From IMG/VR virus record IMGVR_UViG_3300028676_000003, positions 124,001-188,000 of that record: a stretch of 64,000 nucleotides of DNA. One strand, given 5' to 3'. The position numbers were made by a program, and so were the translations under genes. This document shows positions 28,145-38,200 of the stretch, piece by piece; position 1 is the stretch's first letter, and the number at the start of each line of letters is the position of its first letter. A model generated the notes under the pieces. That model was not told the origin of the DNA. It saw nothing but the letters and a program-made list of their open reading frames with translations, and searched no databases.

Positions 28145-30633
28145 TGGCAGATACATCAAATATGAGTCAAGACGAGTTAAATGCGCATAACAGATTAGTC
28201 GCAGAGGCTCTTAAACTCGCAAAACAAGAAGCTAGATATAGAAAAGAAGTTAGCACCAGTCTTGCTGATTATTTAGCTGGTGTTGAGAAGGCAAATAAGA
28301 TGAAAAAAACTTATAATGCCAACTTAAAAATTCAATCTAAATTTGAGAAAGAATTAGAAAAAGCACAGCAAGATAATGATGCTCAAGCTATTCTTAATGC
28401 TCAAGTTAAGCTAGACCTTATAAAGAAACAAAATAAAGAACTTAAGAAACAACAAGAAGCTCTAGAAGACGCTTTGGCAACTGTTAATAAGACTTCTATG
28501 GTTACTGCCAAGTTAGGTGCTGAAGCTTTAAAAGGTATCGCAAAGCTTGCAACAAACATCCCAGGTCTTATCACCAAGGGTTACGGTCAAATCAAGAGTG
28601 CTGGTTTATTCGATATGGATAAAGCCATTAAGCAATCAGGTTTAAGTATGGGTCTTTTATCTAAACAAACTAGTGATTATAGAGCTAATATTACTGCGGC
28701 CGCTAAAAGAACAACTACCTTTGGTATTGGAATTGAAGAACTTGCTCAAATGCAAGCTAGTTATTCTGAAGAATTAGGTAGAGCTGTTGTTTTAACTGAA
28801 CAAGAAAGCGTTGCTATGGCTAAGATTGCCGCTGATGCTCAATTGAGTACCGAAGCAATGGGTCAAATGACTGCTGAATTAGATAGACAAGGTGTTTCTG
28901 CTGAAAGAACTGCTGACTATATTCACAAGGTTATGGAAGACACCCATAAAATGGGTCTTAATTCATCTAAGGTTATTAAGAATATCAATGCTAATTTCAA
29001 GATGCTTAATAGATATAACTTCAAAAATGGAGTTGATGGACTAGCTAAAATGGCCCAAACAGTATCTAAATTAGGTGTTTCTATGGAATTTGCCGCTGGT
29101 TTTGCAGATAAGTTATGGGATGTTGAAGGAGCTGTTGATATGTCTGCACAATTACAAGTATTAGGTGGTGAATGGTCTAAGTTAGCGGACCCATTCAAGC
29201 TTATGTATCAAGCTCGTAATGATATTGAAGGATTGACTGAAGAATTAGGTAAAGCCGCATCGGCTTCTGCTCACTTGAATAAAAAAGGTGAAATAGAAAT
29301 TGCCGCTGTTGAAATGCATAAATTAAAAATCATTGCTCAACAAACTGGTGTTGCATATGATGAGTTAGCTCAAGCTGGTAAAAATGCATTCAAGTTGAAT
29401 AAGATTAAAGGTCAAGTTCAATTCCAAATGTCTGATGAAGAAAAAGAATTCCTTACAAATCAAGCTCACTTAGATAAAGACGGAAAAGCCTATATCGTAG
29501 TTAAAGGTGATAAGAAATTCCTTGGACAATTAGGAGCTAATGCTCAAAGTATTGTTAAGGCCCAAATGGAAGAACAAAAAGCTATGGGTGAAAGAGCTAA
29601 GGATGCTCAAACATTTGATGAGGCGTTGAATAATACAATCAACGGTATGAAGGTTTATTTGCTTCCAATCATTACAGCTATAAACGAAAAATTACTTCCT
29701 AAATTGAAAGATTTTGGTGATAGATTCGAAAACGAAAAATGGGGTGATAAAATAGAGAAATTTGCTGGTATTGTTGGTGACTTGGTTACTACCATCGGTG
29801 GATTTATTATTGATAACCCAATCAAAACTGGTCTTATTTATCTTACAACTAAATTAGGTGGTTTCCTTATGGATAAAGCTACTTGGTTTAGTAATGGTCT
29901 TATACTTGCACAAGGATTTAACGCTGGGTCTGCTGGTGGTGGAGCCGCAAGTGCTGTAGCTGGTGGTGTCGGTAAATTTGCTAAGTTAGGTAAGTTTGCT
30001 AAGATTGGTGGTGGTGTAATTGCCGCTGGTGCTAGTGGATATGATGAATGGACAACCAATAAAGAAAATGGAGTTGAAGCTGGTGAAAACGCTGGCCGTA
30101 CTGCTATTAGAGCAGGGGGTGCTGGTTTAGGAGCATGGGGTGGTGCGGCCGCAGGTGCCGCATTGGGTTCTGTTGTTCCAGTTATCGGTACAGTTGTTGG
30201 TGGGATTATTGGTGGTATCTTAGGTGGACTTGCTGGTGATAAACTAGGTGATATGGGTGGTGATGCCGCTTATGGTGTTCACGATGGTAAATTCCCTGCA
30301 ATTGGTAAGAACTTAGGTAGCGATTTTTCTCAAGGTAGAGGAATTATTCAAGGTGGAAAAATTACACCTATTGATAATAAAGATGACCTTATGGCAATGA
30401 AACGTGGTGGTCCAGTCGATAATGCGTTGAGAGATGGTGGTGGAAGTGTGAACACTACTAGAGTTGATTTTGGTTCTATTACAATCAATGGTGAAATCTT
30501 GATTAAATCTCCTGGAAGTCCAGGTATGTCTGAAGACCTTATGAAGGACCCTTCATTTAGACGTGATATCACAAGAACAATCCAAGTTGAATTAGAGAAA
30601 AATAAAATTGGTGGAAAAAATAAAGGTCAATAA
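28144..30633 (+). CDS. Tail tape measure protein
   Basis: 829 aa, Ala/Lys/Glu-rich helical sequence with Gly-rich hydrophobic C-terminal segments, downstream of tube and chaperones. Confidence 0.8.
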   Translation: MADTSNMSQDELNAHNRLVAEALKLAKQEARYRKEVSTSLADYLAGVEKANKMKKTYNANLKIQSKFEKELEKAQQDNDAQAILNAQVKLDLIKKQNKELKKQQEALEDALATVNKTSMVTAKLGAEALKGIAKLATNIPGLITKGYGQIKSAGLFDMDKAIKQSGLSMGLLSKQTSDYRANITAAAKRTTTFGIGIEELAQMQASYSEELGRAVVLTEQESVAMAKIAADAQLSTEAMGQMTAELDRQGVSAERTADYIHKVMEDTHKMGLNSSKVIKNINANFKMLNRYNFKNGVDGLAKMAQTVSKLGVSMEFAAGFADKLWDVEGAVDMSAQLQVLGGEWSKLADPFKLMYQARNDIEGLTEELGKAASASAHLNKKGEIEIAAVEMHKLKIIAQQTGVAYDELAQAGKNAFKLNKIKGQVQFQMSDEEKEFLTNQAHLDKDGKAYIVVKGDKKFLGQLGANAQSIVKAQMEEQKAMGERAKDAQTFDEALNNTINGMKVYLLPIITAINEKLLPKLKDFGDRFENEKWGDKIEKFAGIVGDLVTTIGGFIIDNPIKTGLIYLTTKLGGFLMDKATWFSNGLILAQGFNAGSAGGGAASAVAGGVGKFAKLGKFAKIGGGVIAAGASGYDEWTTNKENGVEAGENAGRTAIRAGGAGLGAWGGAAAGAALGSVVPVIGTVVGGIIGGILGGLAGDKLGDMGGDAAYGVHDGKFPAIGKNLGSDFSQGRGIIQGGKITPIDNKDDLMAMKRGGPVDNALRDGGGSVNTTRVDFGSITINGEILIKSPGSPGMSEDLMKDPSFRRDITRTIQVELEKNKIGGKNKGQ

Positions 30634-30687
30634 TCGTTGAAAATCAATCATTTGATAAATTCTTTAGAAAAAATCTTTTACACTTAC

Positions 30688-30718
30688 TTGACAATGTCGA
30701 AAAAAAACCGTATATTTG
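30688..30718 (+). promoter_or_regulatory. Strong host-type promoter with no adjacent ORF
   Basis: TTGACA-N17-TATATT, which is also TTG-N20-TATATTTG. Confidence 0.75.
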
Positions 30719-30720
30719 TC

Positions 30721-30820
30721 TAAATTAAATAATAATATAAAAAATTAATATTAATAAATAAATTATAATAATTAAAATATTTAAATATATAATATAACCT
30801 AATATTATATATAATAATTA
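30721..30820. other. Extremely AT-rich tract (candidate DNA-unwinding element or sRNA body)
   Basis: 100 nt with only two C and no G. 77 consecutive A/T (30721-30797). No ATG. Confidence 0.8.
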
Positions 30821-30845
30821 AAAGGCACTAATTGTGTCTTTTTTT
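30820..30845 (+). terminator. Intrinsic terminator closing the AT tract
   Basis: AAAAGGCAC-TAATT-GTGTCTTTT followed by T run. Confidence 0.7.
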
Positions 30846-30891
30846 ATTTGGTCTAAAACCATTTATTTTTATAAAAATTCAAGTACTATAG

Positions 30892-30907
30892 TATTTATAT
30901 ATAAATA
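30892..30907. promoter_or_regulatory. Late-type motif in tail-to-tail palindrome
   Basis: TATTTATATATAAATA, identical to 41973-41988, 7 nt before ATG 30915. Confidence 0.55.
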
Positions 30908-30914
30908 AGTTACT

Positions 30915-33900
30915 ATGCAAAATTTTTATAACTCTTCTAAACCAAGTCCTACTACTAGAAACACTATTAACAGTGTAAGTATAGATATTAGAGATTATCT
31001 TTTAACGAAGAATTTAAAACCACAATACCCACAATTATCAACGACACTTAACGGTGCTCCTAAGATTGGTGAACCAGTTGTTGATACAACTATTGGTGAG
31101 AACGCTGTATTGGTTCCAATTGGTCTTCCATTGGAAACCGAAGGTATTTCATTTAAAAATAAGAACATCTCAACTAATCAATTTAAAAATGATGTTCAAA
31201 TTGCTGATGAACTTAAGAACATTGACCTATCAACGAAAGATGTAAATAAAGACTACCCTCAAGCAGTTTGGCCTCAAGGAACACAAAAATATCCTAATTC
31301 AGCTACTGAAGAAGTTACAAAGTATGGACTTATTGGAAAAACAGATGAAGCAGGATATCGTAAAAGAAATACAATCAAGAACTTATATCTAGATGCTGAT
31401 AAACAAATAGATATTTCAACTTTCATTGATTTAAACCCTACAGATACTACTCAACAAATAAAAGGATATTTAGACACTTATGGTGGTTTAAATACTGGAA
31501 ATGGTGGAGCAACAAAAGCAATCAATATCATTGGTAGCGTACTAAACGGACAAGGTTTAGGTATAGCTAAGGGTGGTGTTGTGACTAACTATGATGTTAG
31601 AGCAACGTTAGTTGGTAGAGTTCTTGGAGCAACAGGTTTCATCAACGATACAAAGCTTGGAACAATCGGTGGACAGCAATTAGCACTAGCATTGGCAAAC
31701 AATGCGGCATTTAATGTTCAACAAGATATTTTAGGGTCCTTCAATGTTACTGATAACATGATGAGCCTTGTTAAAAATGGTACACTTGCTGGATTTAGGT
31801 CAGATTATACTATTACAAAACCTTCAAGTACAGGTGGACAAATTGCTGATTATACTTCAAGAATCCTAGGATTCACACTACCTAAGAGTTATTTAGATGA
31901 TTCAGGGTCTATTTTCCAAAGTGAAAATAACAACGCTGAAAATGTAACTAGAGCCAACGCAATGATTCTAAATACTGGTAAGGGTCAAAATCAAGCCCTT
32001 TTAACGAACGTTAATGCGAATTTGATAGGGATTAGTCCATCAGGTATAGATAATCCTTCTAACTCGTCATTTAGGGTTGGTTATGCACCAGCATATACAA
32101 ACAACAACGGTGAGGTACAAATTACCAATGGAGTTATCTATGCTTTCTCAAATCAAGGTAAAACAATATCTCTATTTGGTTCAGACGATAATATCATTCC
32201 AAACTTGTCTTATAACAGAGAACAAAAGGTTCAAGCTTCAGGTTTTGAGGCTCCTGAAGACTTATTCTTTGTAGGACACAAATCAAACCCAGGTTATTCT
32301 GACCGTAAAATCAGTGACGTTACCTTCTCATGGGGTACTGAGATTGGTGGTAAGGTAAATTCAGATGCTAATTATTATCCATTTAGTGGTGATAAGAAAA
32401 GTCTTCTTGCTAAAACTCAAAAGCTTTTCAACAGTAAAGGTATGTTGAATATCGTTACAGCCAAAGGTGATATGGACAAGACTTCAACACAAATACAACA
32501 AGCTAACGGTAATGGTTTCTCTAAGGGTAGCCAAGTACTTAAAGCTGATTTATACGATGATAATGGACGTTATAACAACGCAACTGGTAAAACAGCTGAC
32601 GAAACATATTGCCGTAGTTGGACTACGCTTGACAGATATGATTCTGTTAATAATCTTATTAGAAAACACGGACTTTGGAAATCTCCAACGGTTCCATATA
32701 GATTCAATACTGAAAACTCAGTATTAGATGAGTATGGAATACCTAAGATTGCACCATATACAACAGATAAACCTGAAGACCCTAAGAAATTTATGTTCTC
32801 AATTGAGAACTTAGCTTGGGCCGATGAGAGTTCATATGCAAACCTACCACAATCAGAACGTGGACCAGGAGACCTTATCTCAGGTAAAAGAGGTCGTATC
32901 ATGTGGTTCCCGCCTTATAATATTAATTTCACAGAAAATAGTAGTGTAAATTGGGATTCTAATAATTTCATTGGTCGTGGAGAACCATTATACACATACA
33001 ATAACACCGAAAGAACAGGTACACTTTCTTTCCAAGTAATTGTTGACCATCCTAGTTATGCAAATTCATTTAGAGGTGTTAACGGACCCGATGATAACTA
33101 TATTGCTTCATTTTGGGCTGGATGTGTTGACCCTAGTAGTGAAATATCTAAAAAATTAACACCAAGTCAAGTAAGTTCACTTGTAGTTGAGTCTTTAACG
33201 GTTCAAGAACCTAAAAAGATTACTAGTGAGCCAACACCTGATGATATGGTTGTTTATTTCCCTAATGATAATGCTAATATTCCAGCAACATATGAAAATG
33301 GGTTAAGTGGTGCAACAACTGCTAATACAATCAATTATAATGTATCTGCAACTGGTTTAGGTTTCGGATTAGGCTCTTATCCAAGTAACTTCACCCCAGG
33401 TGTCACAAGTGCTTGGCCTGATAGATATAACTTCGGTTTAAACTACAAAGGTGAAAGAGCTCCTGTTTCTAATGTTGATGGTGTGCCTTATTATGGTTAT
33501 TTTGACCCAAGATACGACCAAGCTATTGTTAATTTCTTGAATACCAAGTGTAAGTATTGTGTAGTTGAGGTAACTGGTTATGCCAGCCCACAAGGTTCTG
33601 CACCATATAATCAAAAATTAGCTAACGCTAGAGCCAAGGCTATCCGTGATGAGTTAAGAGATACGAAATGGGGACCATTATTAACAGATAAAAGAAATTT
33701 TGATAAGAGATTTAAAACAATGCCAAGCATCGCTTTGACAAATACTCAGTGTATTCCTAACCATGGTGAAGATACTGATACTATTTGGTGTAAATTAGAT
33801 AGAAAAGCTGTTATTCATTTCAGATTTAGTCCTGAATTAGCAGCGGCCGACTATGCGAAAGCAACACCTGTTATTAAAAAATCATCTAAAACTGTTAATA

Positions 33901-34940
33901 CGCTTATAACAAATAAATTCTATGATGAATCTAAGTATTTTGACCAATTGGTTAATGATGATGCTTTTGTTTTTGATAGATTTAGAGATAAAATTAAGTA
34001 TTTTCACCCAGCGTTCCACTCAACAACACCTGAAGGGTTGAATTCTAGACTTACATTCTTATTGCAATGTACAAGACAAGGACCAACTTCAGAGGACCAA
34101 GGGGCAAATAACTTGGCATTCGGTAGACCGCCAGTTTGTATTTTAAGAATTGGAGATTTTTATAATACTAAGATTGTAATCGATAATATTGGAATTGATT
34201 ATGAGCCGTTGGTATGGGATTTAAACCCTGAAGGTATTGGAGTTCAGCCAATGATTGCGAATGTTAACATGTCGTTTAAATTTATCGGTGGTTCAACACT
34301 TATGGGTCCAATCAACAAGTTACAAAATGCGTTATCATTTAACTATTTCGCTAATACACAAGTGTATGACCCAAGAGCTGATTATATTGCTAAGACAGAT
34401 TTAACTGTTACTAAAAAATATAAAAAGAGTGATGGAACTGAAGTATCAGAAACAAACCCTGTTTATAAAATTAGCAATGGACAAGTTGATATTTCAAATC
34501 CTGAAACTGCGATTACACCTGATGTTATTGCTGATAATACACCTGAAGTAAATCAAACAGCGGCCGCAGAGCAAGCAATTAGTGGAACAACAGCACAAGA
34601 TGCTCAACCGCCAGCGGGTACATCGGCTACAACTAACAATGACATTTATGTTTATGTTACTGGTGATAGAACAACAGATGCTTATAATGGAACAATTGAT
34701 ATTAAATTGGTAACACCAGCACTGGCTGATTCTTACGATATGAAGGTTAGCATTTTTGATGCAACAAATAAGAGAGTTGAAATAGGTGTTGGACGTGTTG
34801 ATAAAACCAAGATGGAACAATCATACACTTATCCAATAAACCTAACAAGTAGTAACTTTAAGTTTTCTACAACAAATGCATATGTGATTAGAATCGATTT
34901 TATCGGTTACAAATCATTTAATATAACAAAAGAATTTTAA
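30915..34940 (+). CDS. Baseplate/tail-tube-initiator-like protein (gp48/gp54-like domains) with internal OmpA-like domain
   Basis: Two tube-like segments (WFPPYNINFTENSSVNW...GRGEPLYTY; GRPPVCILRIGDFYNTK) flank VEVTGYASPQG...YNQKLANARAKAIRDEL. Confidence 0.55.
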   Translation: MQNFYNSSKPSPTTRNTINSVSIDIRDYLLTKNLKPQYPQLSTTLNGAPKIGEPVVDTTIGENAVLVPIGLPLETEGISFKNKNISTNQFKNDVQIADELKNIDLSTKDVNKDYPQAVWPQGTQKYPNSATEEVTKYGLIGKTDEAGYRKRNTIKNLYLDADKQIDISTFIDLNPTDTTQQIKGYLDTYGGLNTGNGGATKAINIIGSVLNGQGLGIAKGGVVTNYDVRATLVGRVLGATGFINDTKLGTIGGQQLALALANNAAFNVQQDILGSFNVTDNMMSLVKNGTLAGFRSDYTITKPSSTGGQIADYTSRILGFTLPKSYLDDSGSIFQSENNNAENVTRANAMILNTGKGQNQALLTNVNANLIGISPSGIDNPSNSSFRVGYAPAYTNNNGEVQITNGVIYAFSNQGKTISLFGSDDNIIPNLSYNREQKVQASGFEAPEDLFFVGHKSNPGYSDRKISDVTFSWGTEIGGKVNSDANYYPFSGDKKSLLAKTQKLFNSKGMLNIVTAKGDMDKTSTQIQQANGNGFSKGSQVLKADLYDDNGRYNNATGKTADETYCRSWTTLDRYDSVNNLIRKHGLWKSPTVPYRFNTENSVLDEYGIPKIAPYTTDKPEDPKKFMFSIENLAWADESSYANLPQSERGPGDLISGKRGRIMWFPPYNINFTENSSVNWDSNNFIGRGEPLYTYNNTERTGTLSFQVIVDHPSYANSFRGVNGPDDNYIASFWAGCVDPSSEISKKLTPSQVSSLVVESLTVQEPKKITSEPTPDDMVVYFPNDNANIPATYENGLSGATTANTINYNVSATGLGFGLGSYPSNFTPGVTSAWPDRYNFGLNYKGERAPVSNVDGVPYYGYFDPRYDQAIVNFLNTKCKYCVVEVTGYASPQGSAPYNQKLANARAKAIRDELRDTKWGPLLTDKRNFDKRFKTMPSIALTNTQCIPNHGEDTDTIWCKLDRKAVIHFRFSPELAAADYAKATPVIKKSSKTVNTLITNKFYDESKYFDQLVNDDAFVFDRFRDKIKYFHPAFHSTTPEGLNSRLTFLLQCTRQGPTSEDQGANNLAFGRPPVCILRIGDFYNTKIVIDNIGIDYEPLVWDLNPEGIGVQPMIANVNMSFKFIGGSTLMGPINKLQNALSFNYFANTQVYDPRADYIAKTDLTVTKKYKKSDGTEVSETNPVYKISNGQVDISNPETAITPDVIADNTPEVNQTAAAEQAISGTTAQDAQPPAGTSATTNNDIYVYVTGDRTTDAYNGTIDIKLVTPALADSYDMKVSIFDATNKRVEIGVGRVDKTKMEQSYTYPINLTSSNFKFSTTNAYVIRIDFIGYKSFNITKEF

Positions 34941-34954
34941 TAAAAATATAAAGA

Positions 34955-35275
34955 ATGGCTAGTTATTTCGATAGATACGGAAGCTTTAGAGTTAATGCGG
35001 GTATGAAAACAATACCTGGAATCCAGGTCCCACAACTCGACTCAGATAAGAACATGGTTTATAAACAAGGTGTCTCTAGACTTGACAAATTGAGTCTTAT
35101 GTATTATAATAACCCTTACAGTGGTTGGTTAATTATGTTAGCCAACCCTGAATTTGGTGGTTTGGAGTTTAATATTCCTGATATGGCCCTGATTAGAATC
35201 CCATTTCCATTTGAGAGTGCGGTTTCTAGATATATAACACAAGTAACGAATCATAAAGCACTATATGGCGAATAA
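34955..35275 (+). CDS. LysM-like baseplate wedge protein (T4 gp53 / tail X-like)
   Basis: RLDKLSLMYYNNPYSGWLIMLANP...LIRIP. Confidence 0.75.
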   Translation: MASYFDRYGSFRVNAGMKTIPGIQVPQLDSDKNMVYKQGVSRLDKLSLMYYNNPYSGWLIMLANPEFGGLEFNIPDMALIRIPFPFESAVSRYITQVTNHKALYGE

Positions 35276-38200
35276 CATAACAAATAAGATAGGTTGTCAA
35301 ACAAGCGGAATAAAGATTGTAGACCCTAACGATTTTGACGGTTTTAACTCATCATCAAATATGTCAGTTCTAACTGAAGATTTAAATATCTCAGTTGTCC
35401 TTAGAACAAAGAAAAAAGGTAGAACTGTTTTAACAAAAACTGGTGATAATTCTACAGGTACTAGAGAAAGTACCAGCAATATAGCAATCAACTTCATTGA
35501 AGGTAGTGATATTAGCGGTAAAAAGGTTTTAACTACAAAATACACTGATTTAACAACAATCTTTGATAAGGATATAATTAATAACGAAACACTTGGAATT
35601 ACAGGTATCGATATTGATTTTAATTCGTCTATGGCTCCAATGATTAACATTAATTTTGTTGATGTTAGAGGTTCTAGTATTTTCCAAAACGAAGAAAATA
35701 TTTCAGGGAATAATTCAGCAAATAAATATTCAACATTCTTCCAACTTCCATATCCAATCTTCGAATTGGAAATTAAGGGTTATTACGGGAAACCAGTAAC
35801 CTATTGTCTTCACATGCTTAAGTTTAGTTCTAAATTTAACTCTAAGACTGGAAACTTTGAGATTCAATGTCAATTCATCGGATATACTTATGCGATGCTT
35901 TCTGACATGCTTATTGGTTTCCTTAAAGCTATTCCATTTACAACAATTGGTGCTTCAAAATTTAAGGACTACAAAGCAAATAGTGCAAACCCTGATAATA
36001 TCATAACACTTGTTGATTTGATGCGTAACATTTCTAGAATAAATGATGGTGTTAAAAAACTATCATCAACATCTCCAAATGCGGTAGCTGATAACTCAAT
36101 AAAGGTTGGTATTGAAAAATTGGGTGCTATTACTAGCATCATTAATTTTTTGGGTTCTGAATTACAATACGGTCATAGTACTGATAAGGCTTCAAACCCT
36201 GATACTTATGAATTTATTGTTAAATCATCAACTGTATTAACACAAGCTGAAATAGATTCAATTAAATTATACCAAGATAATGTAAAGACAGCAATTGATA
36301 ACTTTAATGGGTTGAGTCTTGGTGTAACACTTAATGTTGCAGATTTTCAATCAATAACACTTGTTGGTTCAGGTACTGGTTTCTATCATGATATCACAAA
36401 AGCTCAATTATCACCTACAAGTGGAGATATTGCTGGTGATGCTAACTTAGGTGCTAGTATTGGTTCAAATGCTGATTTGGTTACACTTAAAAGAAACTTA
36501 TTAGCTTATTTAGAGAAAAATTACTCAGGTATAAGGGATGATTATAAATTAGATGTTTATGATATGAATTCTCTATTAGCTAAATTAACTACAGCTACTG
36601 AAACACTTACAAAAAGTGCAAAAACAGTTCGTGAAAATCTAGCTCTTGAATTAAAATCAACAGTTCGTGAACAGTTAGGTTTTGAACCAACTGTTAGAAA
36701 TATCATTGAAATATTTACTGCGGCAATCGAAACTTTTATGGAAACAATCTATGAAGTGTCTAGACGTGCTGAAGCAACAACTAACAATGTTAGAACTGCT
36801 CAATTGGAAAACAAATTCAAAGATGACCTTGTTAAGGTAGACTCAAAAAAAGAATACATAGATGCTAAGAAATTCTTTGCTTGGCCTGATTATAGAGAAA
36901 AAGATGAAAAAACAAAAACCTTTGTTGAAAAATACTTAGGTTCAAGTGGTGTATTAGATAACCCAAAACAAGTTGATGAAATTGATTTTATCGATGACCT
37001 TCTTAAGGCGTTTTTAATTGCGGCTGAGAAGAGTGCAGATGTTGTAAATCAAATGCAAAGTGAAGCAACTACTTGGTTTCCAATAAACCCAATGGATAGT
37101 CAAATATTTGTTGATGGTGAACCTTATCAAAGAACTCAATTAAGTAGCAATGAAGATATAACAAGACTTATGGTTATCAGAGGTATGACTTATTTAGGGT
37201 ATACAAACGATGAAACTATTCTAACTGAAGATGAAATCAAAGCAATGGCTGAAATTGAAGCTGAAGCTATTCTTAGAGGTGTTAAAAACCCTACACTTAA
37301 AACTTCACTTACGTTTGTAAATTTAGATTATGTAAAAAACATTAAAGGTGTTATTAATAATATCTCTGAAAATGTTGTTGTACCTAAAGACGATAGATTT
37401 GTTTATAATTATATCTATGGTAAACAACCTGAAGGGCCTAATAGTGTTGTTATTCCAATTAGTGATACATTTACTGGTAATTGGCCTACAAAGACTTCTG
37501 ATTTAAAAATAAAAGCAGATGATGGTTCTACTTTCTTAACAAACTATAGTTCAGATAACTATTTGGTTGGTAAAAAGGTATTGGATGGTGGTCAGTATGT
37601 TAAAATAATTCCAAAAAATAAATTAAATGGTAATGCGCTTATCTCGACAACAGCAAAGGTAAAACCTGAAAGTATTTTTAGTCTTGATAAAATGAAATCT
37701 GATAGTGTTGATGCAACAGCTGGATTCAACTCTTTCGGTGGTAGTATGGGTACTCAAGAATATGTGAATATGGACTTCGGTGGCCTTGATGGGTTACCGC
37801 TTATGTATGTATTTTACAAGAATTCTGATAATGGTATGTCTATGAACAGAACCAATACTGGAATAGAACAGAAAGTACCTAAGAATGCACCAACTAGTTC
37901 AGTTTATGATATAAAATCTAGTGGTTTCATACCAGCAATACTTGGTAGAGATAAAGAAGAAGGTTATGAGGGTAAAAATGGTAGACATATTGTTAGTAAT
38001 CTTGGAAAAAATAGAGAATTATTCCATGGATTTATTAAAAATAGTGATACTAGCCTAACATATCCATATGTTGAGCAAAGATATCGTGATGAAGATAGAG
38101 ATGCGTATGATGAAAACTCATTTAGTCTTTTTGGTAGTCAATGGTATTATAATCAAGATAAAGCTAGGTGTATTCTTTCTGATAACACACAATATAATTG

